Source: Negaprion brevirostris (Eukaryota). Taken from it: a DNA stretch of 64,000 nt. Positions 11,936 to 23,099 of this stretch are shown one piece after another; the stretch's first letter is position 1, and every line of letters starts with the position of its first letter. The translations under genes were made by a program, and so were the position numbers. The notes beneath the pieces are model-generated. The model did no database searches. It was not told where the DNA came from and saw only the letters and a list, made by a program, of their open reading frames with translations. The DNA is taken from NCBI GenBank assembly GCA_030324005.1, contig JARDVH010000001.1, positions 122,722,458 through 122,786,457 on the forward strand, written 5' to 3'.

Positions 11936-14119
11936 GAGTGTTCAGAGGTGTCAGCAAAATTAAGTACAGATATGACATGGTGATTGACCTTAGATCATGC
12001 TATGTGTCATGAGATGATCCTTCAAATTCCTGTCAGAGTGCAACAAAGCCACAGCATCAGAAAGTGTTGAAATAGCAGCATTGCAACTGGACAGAAAAGA
12101 GACAATGCAGAGATAGTGTAAGTGAAAAGCCTGTCAGCAGACTGAATGCTCTTTGTGAGACTGCAGCACGTTACCTATCAGTTCAGTGAGCAAGTGGATC
12201 AGCTCTGGCTTAGCTCAGTTGGGAAAAGCCAGGGTGTGGGCCAGATTGATAGCAAGAGAGTCAAGCAATACAAAAAAAACAATTAAAGCCCCCATAAAAT
12301 TGGGCCAGAGAAGGTTGTGATGATAACTGGTGGCATCGGCAGTTGCTGAATAATAAACTGAATGAAACAAGGAGGAAGGTCAAAAGGATATTGTCAGAAT
12401 GTCCACAAAATTTTCCAGTTTGAATTGGAAGCAGCTGACTACTACTAACTGAATGCAAATTGTTAAATGGCAAATAGAGCTATGTTTTCTTGATTCAGGT
12501 GGACTTGAACCAGGCAAGCAAATCATAAAAATTTGCTTAACAATTGAGAACGAAGGCCTACACATGCTGAAAATGTCAGGATTAACAGCAGAGAAGTTAA
12601 AGCATCCCCTAATGATATGAACTACATTGGAAGGCCTGTTTAGAATCAGGTTAAACTTCTGTATTCATCGATTAGAGTTCATGTCATTTTGACAACTGCC
12701 TATGGAATCCATGAACCACTTCAGCAGATGCCAAGAAAAGGGTACATACTTTGATTTTTCAAACGGTGCTGACTGACAGCAATTGTGAGTTTGTGGTCGC
12801 ATCCACTCCCAAGGAAGTGTTCCAGAAAGATCATCTTGACAAATTCAAAGCATAAAAAGTTGAAGAGCTTTAAGAATGGTTGCAAGTACGCAGTGATCGT
12901 CGTAAGTCAATAAAGCTTACAAATCCTAAGTACAAACACAGTTGCAGCTACACTACAATACCCAAACTGCACAGGATATCTAAGATATGGCCATCAACAT
13001 GCACTAAGGAAATACCCAACTTTCATGAACAATANNNNNNNNNNNNNNNNNNNNNNNNNNNNNNNNNNNNNNNNNNNNNNNNNNNNNNNNNNNNNNNNNN
13101 NNNNNNNNNNNNNNNNNNNNNNNNNNNNNNNNNNNNNNNNNNNNNNNNNNNNNNNNNNNNNNNNNNNNNNNNNNNNNNNNNNNNNNNNNNNNNNNNNNNN
13201 NNNNNNNNNNNNNNNNNNNNNNNNNNNNNNNNNNNNNNNNNNNNNNNNNNNNNNNNNNNNNNNNNNNNNNNNNNNNNNNNNNNNNNNNNNNNNNNNNNNN
13301 NNNNNNNNNNNNNNNNNNNNNNNNNNNNNNNNNNNNNNNNNNNNNNNNNNNNNNNNNNNNNNNNNNNNNNNNNNNNNNNNNNNNNNNNNNNNNNNNNNNN
13401 NNNNNNNNNNNNNNNNNNNNNNNNNNNNNNNNNNNNNNNNNNNNNNNNNNNNNNNNNNNNNNNNNNNNNNNNNNNNNNNNNNNNNNNNNNNNNNNNNNNN
13501 NNNNNNNNNNNNNNNNNNNNNNNNNNNNNNNNNNNNNNNNNNNNNNNNNNNNNNNNNNNNNNNNNNNNNNNNNNNNNNNNNNNNNNNNNNNNNNNNNNNN
13601 NNNNNNNNNNNNNNNNNNNNNNNNNNNNNNNNNNNNNNNNNNNNNNNNNNNNNNNNNNNNNNNNNNNNNNNNNNNNNNNNNNNNNNNNNNNNNNNNNNNN
13701 NNNNNNNNNNNNNNNNNNNNNNNNNNNNNNNNNNNNNNNNNNNNNNNNNNNNNNNNNNNNNNNNNNNNNNNNNNNNNNNNNNNNNNNNNNNNNNNNNNNN
13801 NNNNNNNNNNNNNNNNNNNNNNNNNNNNNNNNNNNNNNNNNNNNNNNNNNNNNNNNNNNNNNNNNNNNNNNNNNNNNNNNNNNNNNNNNNNNNNNNNNNN
13901 NNNNNNNNNNNNNNNNNNNNNNNNNNNNNGCAGATATAGAATTTGCAAATTTAGAGTTGGGACAACAAATTCACTTTCAGAATCCCACAGAAGATACTTG
14001 ACAACCAGGTGAAGTGACAAGGATTTGTTTGAAAGCAAGGTCTGAGTGAAGTCATTACATACAAAGGCACAGTGTGGTGAGACATAGCTGAGGACTAATC
14101 TGATCCAAACAACCATATA

Positions 14120-14900
14120 AATTAGGAACATGAGTAGATCATTTTGCTCTTCAAGCCTGATCTACGATTCAATAAGATAGCTGAACTGATTGTAACCTCC
14201 TGCCTGATAAACAATGGAGTAAAAGATTATCAGCAATCTATCTACCTCTTAAAAATATTCAAAGACTCTGCTTCTTCCGCCTTTTTGTGAAAGGGAGTTC
14301 CAAAGATACTTAGCCCGAGAGAAAAATATCTTATCGGTCTTAAATGGGTCGCCCCTTATTTTTCAATAATGACTCCCTAGTTCGAGATTATTCCTTAAAA
14401 GGAAACATTTTCACATCTGTTGTGTCAAGACTCCTCAAGATCTTGTATGTTTCAACTGAGTCATTTCTTTCTCTTCTAAACTCCACCACATAGAAGCCTA
14501 GCATGTTCAACTTTGCCTCAAGACAACCCATCCATTCAAGGTATGAGTCTAGTAAACATTCTCTGAACTACAAATACTTCCTTAAGTAAGGAAACCAATA
14601 TCATACACGCTATTCCAGATGTGGTCTCAGTGTCCTGTATACACAAAATATAACCTCCCTACTTTGATATTCAATTCCTCTTGCTATAAAAAACATTCTA
14701 TTAACTTTACTACAGTTACCACAGTAACTTAATTGCAGTGGTAATGTAAGCCTACTTGTAACTAATAAATAAACTTTTACTTTTAACTTTTTACTACTTA
14801 CTTGCTGCACCTGCACCTGTCTTTTGTGAGTCATGCAGTGAATCAGGACACCTCGATCCCTCTGAATCTGAGCTCTACAATCTCATGATTCAGACAGTAT
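14120..14900 (-). mobile_element. CR1 LINE 3' portion (RT C-terminus + 3'UTR), with a SINE tail fragment at ~14718-14785
   Basis: Reverse strand reads FFIARGIEYQSREVIFCVYRTLRPHLE. CR1 3' end lies at ~14120. Confidence 0.8.
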
Positions 14901-15230
14901 GCTTTTTAATTGTTCCTGCTCTCCATTCCAACTCTTTCAATCACCATGCAGTCCTATGTGTCCCAAGCAAGATTCCAAATGAATCTATAACATCCAGCAA
15001 TGCCAGCGCCACAGATCACTGTGAGCAACTAAAGAGACCCCCAGGCAAGGTTACCATTACTTTTATTGTAGCATAACAAGCTATGGGTGATCAACAGATT
15101 ACCTCTTTATTCCTTTAGAGACGCATGGCTGCATCAGTTCTACACAGTTATGTTCATGTTTAGTTACCATTAAATGTAAATAGTTGCACATCTTTGGAAG
15201 GGGGAAAGTATATTTAAAAAGAAAGGTGGA

Positions 15231-15465
15231 TGTTGTGTTTTGCCTTTAAGGGATAGCTGCACACCATCACTGGAAGGGAAGTGTTATCCAGTTTTAGTTT
15301 TATTTTGATCTGTGAGCAGAACACAGCAATTCTCTGATGTCTTCAAGCTTGCTATCCATGTATATATGTTCTTATGTGCCTTGTCTATGTAAATAAACCC
15401 ACAACATGGTTTACCCAATCCTCTTTGAGTGATTAGTGTTTTTCTATCATTATAAAAACATGACA
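15231..15465 (+). repeat. 3' LTR of a Gypsy-type element
   Basis: tgttg...tgaca, homologous to 11693-11935 and preceded by a PPT. Confidence 0.75.
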
Positions 15466-15699
15466 GCAATAAGGTCTGAGAAGTTTTGTCAGAAATGTCA
15501 TGGCCATATGAAGTTGATAACTTTTCTCATTGAAATAATTTATAAGAAAGAAGCATGACGAATTGAAACCTGAATTGCAGTCATGACTTTTTTAAATTAG
15601 GGGTTGTTTCTGAACATTTATCCAACTTTTGCAAAACAAGCTTTCTGTTCATTGAAAGCATCAGATATAGAGGATTACTAAAAGTAAACAGAATATTTC

Positions 15700-16260
15700 A
15701 GGTGTTAGAAACATTGATCTTTCCCATTCTGACCATGAATGAACTCTTTTTCTCTATAAGCCCCAACTTCATTCTCCTTCTGGAGATCTTCACTGCATGG
15801 TCTCCAACTATGGACTGTCAACAATTCAGAGCCCGCTTCTATTGTCTGCCCAAGATTCACAAATGAGATTACCCTGTTAGACAAATCATTTCTGTCTTTG
15901 ACACCAACCCTATTCTGTCTATTAAACCTGCTTCCATGTGTGACTGCTGTAACCTCAGGCATTTTAATATTGCAGTTATCTGGTTCTAAGCATTCTTTTC
16001 ACTAGGGATATTCAACCCCTGTATGCCTGCATCCCTTAGCAGATGCTTGATTTTCTTTGACCAGTAGGCCAAACATTTCCTGCCCCACTCATAGGAGAGC
16101 AAGAAGTAGCATGTCAGGTTACTGACTCTTCATTAAGCTTTGTCTAATGGGGAAATCACTGCCTGAAATGCCCCCCTCTCCCCCAAATCTATGCATACAT
16201 TTAGAAGTTAAGTTTGCTTCAGATTTCTATCCTTCCCTCACTGTTACTGCTGAATCTTTT
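15700..16260 (+). mobile_element. Penelope-like element RT remnant
   Basis: 'gcccgcttctattgtctgcccaagattcacaaa...taccctgttagacaaatcatttct' encodes ARFYCLPKIHK..YPVRQIIS, the PLE RT N-terminal motif (FY.LPKIHK...P.RPI.S). Confidence 0.7.
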
Positions 16261-16274
16261 CTTCCCTTACAGTT

Positions 16275-16480
16275 CACCATCCTGACTTGGAACTATATTA
16301 TCATTCCTTCATGGTTGCTGTGCAAAATCCTGGGAGCAGTCCCTACCAGCACTGAGGATGAACCAACAACATTTGGAAGGCAGCAGTAATGACTGCTCGT
16401 CACCACTTACTCGAGGGCAATTAGGAAGGGCAAATGCTGACCTTGCCAGCAATACTCTCAGCCGACAATGAATAAAAAAT
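16275..16480 (+). mobile_element. CR1-clade LINE 3'UTR fragment (family with 'ccatcctgacttggaactatat' motif)
   Basis: Same motif and 'gggcaattagg...ccttgccagc...aatgaataaaaaa' tail as 19043-19490, 53800-54320 and 63775-64000. Confidence 0.65.
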
Positions 16481-16767
16481 TCTGGGAATAGGTGACCCAT
16501 TGTCATGTATTAAAAACCTTCTAACTCTTTGCTTCCGAGGTCAAGCTTGACCAATTGATAGCCTGCAGCTGCATTGCAGCCACTAAGCCCTCTAGATTCA
16601 CCCACCAAAGTTGCTGGACATTGAATTGACTTGCATTAAAAAAAATGCTGCAAAGTTGTTTGTCTGATCACAGGCTGGTTTCTTCCCGCGTTTGCTGATG
16701 GGGATATTTGATAAAGTACTGCACAACAGTACAGTGAGCCAAGTTCTAGTTCATAGAAACATTGAAT

Positions 16768-16931
16768 GGAAACTGGAGCACCTGGAGAAAACCCATGCAG
16801 ATGTGGGGAGAAAGTGCAAACTCCACACAGGCAGTGACCCGAGGCTGGAATTGAACCTGGGTCTCTGGCAGCGGTGCTAACCACTGTGCCACTGTGATGC
16901 AGACTCGATGGGCCAAATGGCCTTCTTTTGC
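16768..16931 (-). mobile_element. HE1 (V-SINE) fragment
   Basis: Reverse complement of the HE1 head and V-domain ('gcagcggtgctaaccactgtgccac'). A short + strand CR1-type tail abuts it at ~16897-16931. Confidence 0.8.
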
Positions 16932-17337
16932 NNNNNNNNNNNNNNNNNNNNNNNNNNNNNNNNNNNNNNNNNNNNNNNNNNNNNNNNNNNNNNNNNNNNN
17001 NNNNNNNNNNNNNNNNNNNNNNNNNNNNNNNNNNNNNNNNNNNNNNNNNNNNNNNNNNNNNNNNNNNNNNNNNNNNNNNNNNNNNNNNNNNNNNNNNNNN
17101 NNNNNNNNNNNNNNNNNNNNNNNNNNNNNNNNNNNNNNNNNNNNNNNNNNNNNNNNNNNNNNNNNNNNNNNNNNNNNNNNNNNNNNNNNNNNNNNNNNNN
17201 NNNNNNNNNNNNNNNNNNNNNNNNNNNNNNNNNNNNNNNNNNNNNATATAGTGCACCATTTCAAAATTTGCAGCTGATACATAACTTTGAAACATTGTGA
17301 ACGCAGGAGGATTGTGTAGAACTTTAAAAGAACAGAC

Positions 17338-17645
17338 ACAGGAACTCTACAGTGCTGAAGAAGGCTATTTGGCTCATCGAGTCTGCAGTGACAACAATTC
17401 CATCTGGGCCTTATCCCTGTAACCCCACATAATTACCCTGCTAATCCCTCTAACCTATGCATCCCAGGACACTAAGGGGCAATTTAGCATAGCCATCTGT
17501 TCATCTTTGGACTGTGGGAGGAAGCAGGAACACTGGAAAAAATCCACTCAGGGATGGGGAGAATGCGCAAACTCCACAGAGATTCAAGCTGAGAATTGAA
17601 CCCAGGTCCCTGGAGCTGTGAGGCAGCAGTGCTGCCGTGCTGCCC
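17338..17645 (-). mobile_element. HE1 SINE (CR1-type tail)
   Basis: 'gagctgtgaggcagcagtgc' head, 'tctttggactgtgggag' V-domain, 'ctacagtgctgaagaaggctatttggc' tail. Confidence 0.85.
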
Positions 17646-17834
17646 AAATAGTGGAATGGGCAGGCGCTGGCAGATGAAGTTCAATGCAAAGAAACGTGAA
17701 ATGATTCAATTTGGTAGGAAGAACATGGAGAGACAATACAAAATAAGAGTACAATTCTAAGGGGGTGAAGGAGCAGAGGGATCTGGGTGTATGTGGGAAT
17801 AATTCATTAAAGGTATCAAAACAGATTGAGAAAG

Positions 17835-18185
17835 TTTTTTTTTTAATTCATTCATGGGACATGGGCATCGCTGGCTGGCCAGCATTTGTTGTCTACCCTT
17901 AATTGCTCAAGAGCAGTTGAGAGTCAATCACATTGCTGTGGCTTTGGAGTCACATGTAGGCCAGACCAAGTGAAATGGCAGATTTCCTTCCCAAAAGGAC
18001 AGATGGGTTTTTCTGAGAATCAACAATGGTTTCATGGTCGTCAGTTGATTCTTGGTTCCAGTTTTTTTTATTGAATTCAAATTCCTCCACTTGCCATGGA
18101 GACGTTCAAACCCAGGTCTCCAGAACAATAGCTAAGTTTCTGGATTAATAGCCTAGCAATAATACCACTAGGCCATCGCGTCCCT
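17835..18185 (-). mobile_element. tRNA-headed SINE with Meta-like core and CR1-clade tail
   Basis: Reverse complement gives head 'gggacgcgatggcctagtggtatt', core 'gggaaggaaatctgcca...tggtctggcctacatgtgactcca', tail 'ccagcgatgcccatgtcccatgaatgaattaaaaaa'. Confidence 0.75.
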
Positions 18186-18396
18186 CAAATNNNNNNNNNN
18201 NNNNNNNNNNNNNNNNNNNNNNNNNACAAGAGAAAGGAGATTATGTTGAGATTAAGACACTAGTTCGGCATCAGCTGGAATTCAGTTCTTGACATCGTAC
18301 TTTAGGCAAGATGTCAAGGCATTGGAGAGGGTGCAGGAAAGATTCACAATAATGGTTCCAAGGATCAGGAACTTCAGTTAAAAAGACAGATTGGAT

Positions 18397-18640
18397 TGGC
18401 CTTGGGTGACTATGTGGAGTTTGCAAGTTCTCCCTGTGTCTGCATGTATTTTCTCTGAGGTGCTCTGGTTCCCTCCCACAGTCCAAAAATGTGCAGGTTA
18501 GATTGGCCACGCTAAATGTGTGAATTGGATAGTAGTGGTGGGGGAGTGGGGTGGTTGCCTGGGTAAGACCTTTTGGAGAGTTGGTGCAGACTCAGTGGGT
18601 TGAATTGCCGCCTCCTGCACTGTAGGGATTCTGTGGTTCT
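18397..18640 (+). mobile_element. HE1 SINE, 5'-truncated
   Basis: 'gtggagtttgcaagttctccctgtgtctgc...ctcccacagtccaaa...ctgcactgtagggattct'. Confidence 0.8.
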
Positions 18641-19042
18641 AAGTTGCAAGTGTTTTCCTTGACGATAGGAAGACTTGAGATGAGATTTCATTGCAGTATT
18701 CAAAATCATGGAGTCTGAACAGACAAGATCGGGAGAAACTGTTCCTACCTATAAAGGGATCGACAATGGGAGAGCACAGTAATTTGCAAAGTAGCAGAAC
18801 CGAAATGGGAAAAATCTTTTTCATACAGTGAGTAGTTAATATCTGAGATGCACCGACTGACAGTGGTGGGAGACCAGATCAATCAAGAGACTCTGAAATT
18901 AATTAAAGTGTCACTTGATAAGCAAGCATGTTCAGGGTTATGGGTAGAAAGGCACTAAGTAAATCATTCATTAGGAGAGTTGGTGTAGACATGATAGGTC
19001 AAATGGACTCATCCTCCACTCAAACAATTCTGAGATTCTATG

Positions 19043-19490
19043 CCTGGGTTGAATGCAGCTCCAACAACACAGCTCGATGTCATCCATGAAAAAATAGCAC
19101 ACTTAATAGGTACCCCATCCATCACCTTAAACATTTACTCCCTCTAGCATTGATGCACAATTACAGCAGTGTGTACCATCTACAAGATGCACTACAGCAA
19201 TTGACTAAGCCTCCTACAGTATGTTTTAAACTAACAACCTCTCATGATTTAAGGGACGAAGGCAGCTAATGCATGGAAGCACCGCCACCTGCAGTTTCAT
19301 CTCCAAGGCCTACACCATCCTGACTTGGAACTATATTGATGTTACTTCATGTTTAACAGCATTGTGGACATACCTACACCTCATGGATTGAAATGGTTCA
19401 AGGAGCCTGCTCACCACTTGCTTCCCAAGGGCAATTAGGGCTGGCTTGCCTTGTCACTGACATCCACATCCTTAGAGCAAATTTAAAAAA
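19043..19490 (+). mobile_element. CR1-clade LINE 3' end
   Basis: 'gcagctccaacaacac...gtgtaccatctacaagatgcactacagcaa...ccatcctgacttggaactatat...gggcaattaggg'. Confidence 0.7.
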
Positions 19491-19559
19491 ATACTTCTTG
19501 CTGGACTTCATTTCCTCCTCCCAATTTCTCTTTTCTGTCATATCAGCTCATATGATTAC

Positions 19560-20260
19560 CAGTAGAGATGGTGATTATCTTTTTTCATCTGATGGTGATT
19601 CCCCTCCACCACAGTTAAGAATTCATAGACAAATTCTCATTCGCAAATGTCCCCCCTCCACCTTTCACCCCACCCCACCTAGGACATCCCTTGTCCTCAC
19701 ACTAGGGGAGGGGGATCACCTGCAGTCGATAGAGACTGCATCTTCCATCATTTCCGCCACCTCCACTGTGACCCCTCCATCAAAAAACATATCTTCTCTC
19801 TCAGCATTTCCAATGGATCATTCATTCAAAAGCACCTGGTTCAATCCTTAAATGTCTCCATTGACTACTTGTTTTCTTGCACTTTCCTATGCAGATATTG
19901 AGATGCAACATCTGCTCAAAGATGCATCCTCATGCTGTTGTCCAGGCCCTAACCTGCCTTGAGTGAAACAATCTACATATCCTCCTTCAATTGAATATAT
20001 AAAATACTTGTTGCACGCTGTAGCCTGTTTTACAGTGGGTAGGTGATCACTTTGCTTAACACCTTCATTCGGTTCAGAAGTGCACCTTTCACAAGTACAA
20101 CTCAATGGCTTGCCATTTCAATTTTCAATCCTACTCCCACCTCTGTCATTGGCCTTCATTGTTCCAGTGAAACTGAGCCGAAATTCGGCGAACAACACCT
20201 TGCTTTTTGGTTAGCCCTTTGCCGCCCTCACCTTCTTTGTGACTTTAACAACTTCACACC
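19560..20260 (+). mobile_element. Penelope-like element, decayed linker + GIY-YIG region (a tail-like piece also at ~20830-20925)
   Basis: GDHFA*HLHSV, LHCSSETEPKFGEQHLAFWL; homologous to 9128-9370. Confidence 0.65.
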
Positions 20261-21324
20261 TCAACTGAATGTTCCATTTTCTCTTCAGTGCAGCTGATGC
20301 AGGAAGTGTGTGCTGTTATTCCTGGAGAATGTGGTATTTGGGGATGGCAGACNNNNNNNNNNNNNNNNNNNNNNNNNNNNNNNNNNNNNNNNNNNNNNNN
20401 NNNNNNNNNNNNNNNNNNNNNNNNNNNNNNNNNNNNNNNNNNNNNNNNNNNNTGGGGATGGCAGACTGCTGTCCAGTTTTTCATGTTCCTCTTTCTATAT
20501 ATAGCTCTTCAGATTAGTGCCTTGTATAGAATCATGGGATAGCTACAGCAAAGGAGTCCTTCAAGGACTTTCTACAAAGACAAGTTAGCTAGTTCCTCTT
20601 CACCCTATGGAACCCTCCAAATGTTCTCTCTTCAGGTGCTTATCAAATTTCCTTGAGTTGAGGCCAGCATATTGTTTAGTTCTTGAGTTATCTCATTATG
20701 CTGCCTTTTAATTTTTGCTAACATCATGTCTATCTTCATCTGATTCATTTCAGATTATTTTCCAGCATGCATACATTTTTTTTTTTCTTCCTTCCACTTT
20801 GTATTTTTCAGAAATACTTTTTCTAATAGCTCTGTCTTAAGGAAAGATTTAAGACTTGAAACATGGATTGCAGTTTTTCTATAGATTTTGCCTGATCAGC
20901 TGAGTGTTTCCAGCTTTTTTTTTCCACTAGGTGCTGATTCAATTGAAGGCTACGTGATCCTTACAATTGAGTTCTATGCCAGCTTTCTCAGTACAATAGA
21001 GTTCTTTGCAATGCAGCAATACTGATAAATCCTTTTGAAAACCTGAAGGAAAAGATCTGTGGAGGGTTTTTAAAAATTCTGTCTACAGAGCAATTTTGTT
21101 GGAAGTTTTTTTTGTATAATACAACTCAGATGGTGAGATAAAACCAAATGAAAAGAAAACAACTGTGCTAGTTGTACGTGGTGTTGTCATTTTGTTATAA
21201 ATGTCCTGTTGTACCAGAATCAATGATACATTCTATATATTGTTGCATGATTCACTGTACTCTGTATAATAAACCCTATAATTCTTTCATGTACTACTAA
21301 GGTTCCAGTTGCCTTTTCTTGCAG

Positions 21325-21409
21325 ATTACCATATCACAAGAAAATGGTGAAGTAACGGAGTATTGAAAGTCAAATTTCTCAAATGATTAAGGGTTACTTT
21401 GGCAAGATG
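21325..21409 (+). other. Candidate (probably non-coding/5'UTR) exon
   Basis: Branch-like 'tactaa' (21295-21300), pyrimidine tract 'ccttttcttgcag' acceptor, ends 'gcaagATG|gtatca'. All three frames contain stops. Unique sequence. Confidence 0.3.
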
Positions 21410-23099
21410 GTATCAACTTGAACCATGTGTTTATCTGTTTATTTGCTTTTGCTAATTTTGACATATCAGGGATTAGTTGAATTACTGTTAGGCTTATGGT
21501 AGCCCGTTATTTTAATAACTGTTCTGAATGTTGAAAGATGTGCAACAAAGGAAGCTTTTGTTCCCTACAAATTTTATCTTGACGTGTCAAAACTGTGATA
21601 GCCTCAAGTTTAATTTACTTTCTATATTTTTTGGCTTTTTTTTTAGTAGTCTCTTTCTTTTCAATACAAATGAGGATATCTATTCAGCTTGCCAAGAATT
21701 TTTGTTGTTGTCTGTAAGCTAACTAATCAATCAAGTAATACCTTATTCTTCTCTAATTCAGTTTTCCCATGCAGATCAACATCATCAGCTGAGAGGTTGC
21801 CCAAGAGCAGCAAGGGTAGCTTGCATATTACATTGTTACACATGAGGTCTCATTCTGTATTGTCTCTTGAGAGCATAGCCAAGATTAGAAATGTATAGTG
21901 GTAGTGAGACTGGTGTAAATGTGTCTGATCACTGGCAAAATGTGGTGAAATACCTTTTGTTTGTTCATACAGTTTGTAGTGAAGCTTTAAACATGCCTTC
22001 CTTTTGTTGGTATTCTTTTCAATATAAAGGAAAGCTGGCCCTAATTGTACAGTTTACAGATAGTCATTTTGACCTATTTCCTTATTTTGCATTAATTTAG
22101 TTTTCTTGCACTGCAGGATTGTTGGAGCAGGCCTTGAAATCATTGCACAGTAATTGTAAATGTTGCTTTGTGTTGGGAGTGCCATTGTTGTCATTTTTGT
22201 TCTGACTTTGTGTTTACCCAAGTTCTCTAAGTTATCTGAATATATAAATTAGGTAGATGAAGCTGCATTTTTGATTTGAGTCCAATTTAGACATATAAAA
22301 AAATACATGTAGGTGAATTGGCAAAGTAGATGTTTTTGTAAGGTGTTGCAGATGTTTTGTATATACATTATCTTGCCAGGATTGCAACTAAAAAGGGAAG
22401 CATTCAAATGAATGTACATATTTTATTTGAAACTCGTCCAAATTTCGTTACTGCTGGCAAGGAAATTTAATGCAGAAAGATCAAGTTAAGATTTCACCTT
22501 GTTTCTTGTCCTGCCTCATTGTGATTTTGTTCTTTTATCCTCAATCACTGTAATAACAGGCTCCTGATTCTTAAGCTATGTTACATATAGGTTACTGTGC
22601 ACCTGTAAAATCTGATGCTTGCCTACAATATGGAAATGATCATTGCTCCATGTGCACTAATGTCATAGTTGAGCGCATAACCCATTCTTTATCATTTCAC
22701 TTCCACGTACCAGGCAAGTGATTGCAGTTGCCACCCATACCAGTGACAGGTTTTGCCCTGCACCACCTCTAATAACACGGCTCATTGATCATCACAGAAT
22801 GCAGTCAAATGCTGCCTGTATTTACTTTGGTTGAGGTCATCATCAGCCAGTGGCAATATTTCTGTATATCGTGGTTGGAAGTTATAGTAGCAATATCACA
22901 ACTCAGCATTTCAGTTTTTTGTGTATGACTTGGTCTGAGTCTGGCTAGAGCACAGAAGTTGAAAGAACAAAATAACATTTTTCCTTCCTGATTTATTTTT
23001 AACTAACATCTAAATCAATTTCCAAGATTCATTGCTGGTAATTTGGCATACTTGCCAGAAGTTCTGCTGCAGATTGGCATAGGACAAATAAGGTTAGAT

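Larger units (their letters stand above)
11693..15465 (+). mobile_element. LTR retrotransposon (Gypsy-like), decayed gag, apparently internally deleted
   Basis: Paired LTRs, purine tract 'aaaaagaaaggtgga' immediately before the 3' LTR, and gag-like decayed coding sequence at ~12400-12900. Contains a ~900-N gap and a CR1 insertion. Confidence 0.65.
17650..19040 (+). mobile_element. CR1 LINE RT C-terminal half + 3' end, interrupted by two SINEs
   Basis: WQMKFNAKK.EMIQFGRKN, EQRDLGVYV, LERVQERFTIMVP motifs, then CR1 3'UTR. Confidence 0.8.

Noticed and set aside
12880-14131. Long ORFs of 300-375 aa (and similar ones at 16.6-17.3 kb, 59.3-59.7 kb, 62.6-63.4 kb)
   Set aside because: They are open only because they run through N gaps (poly-X translations).
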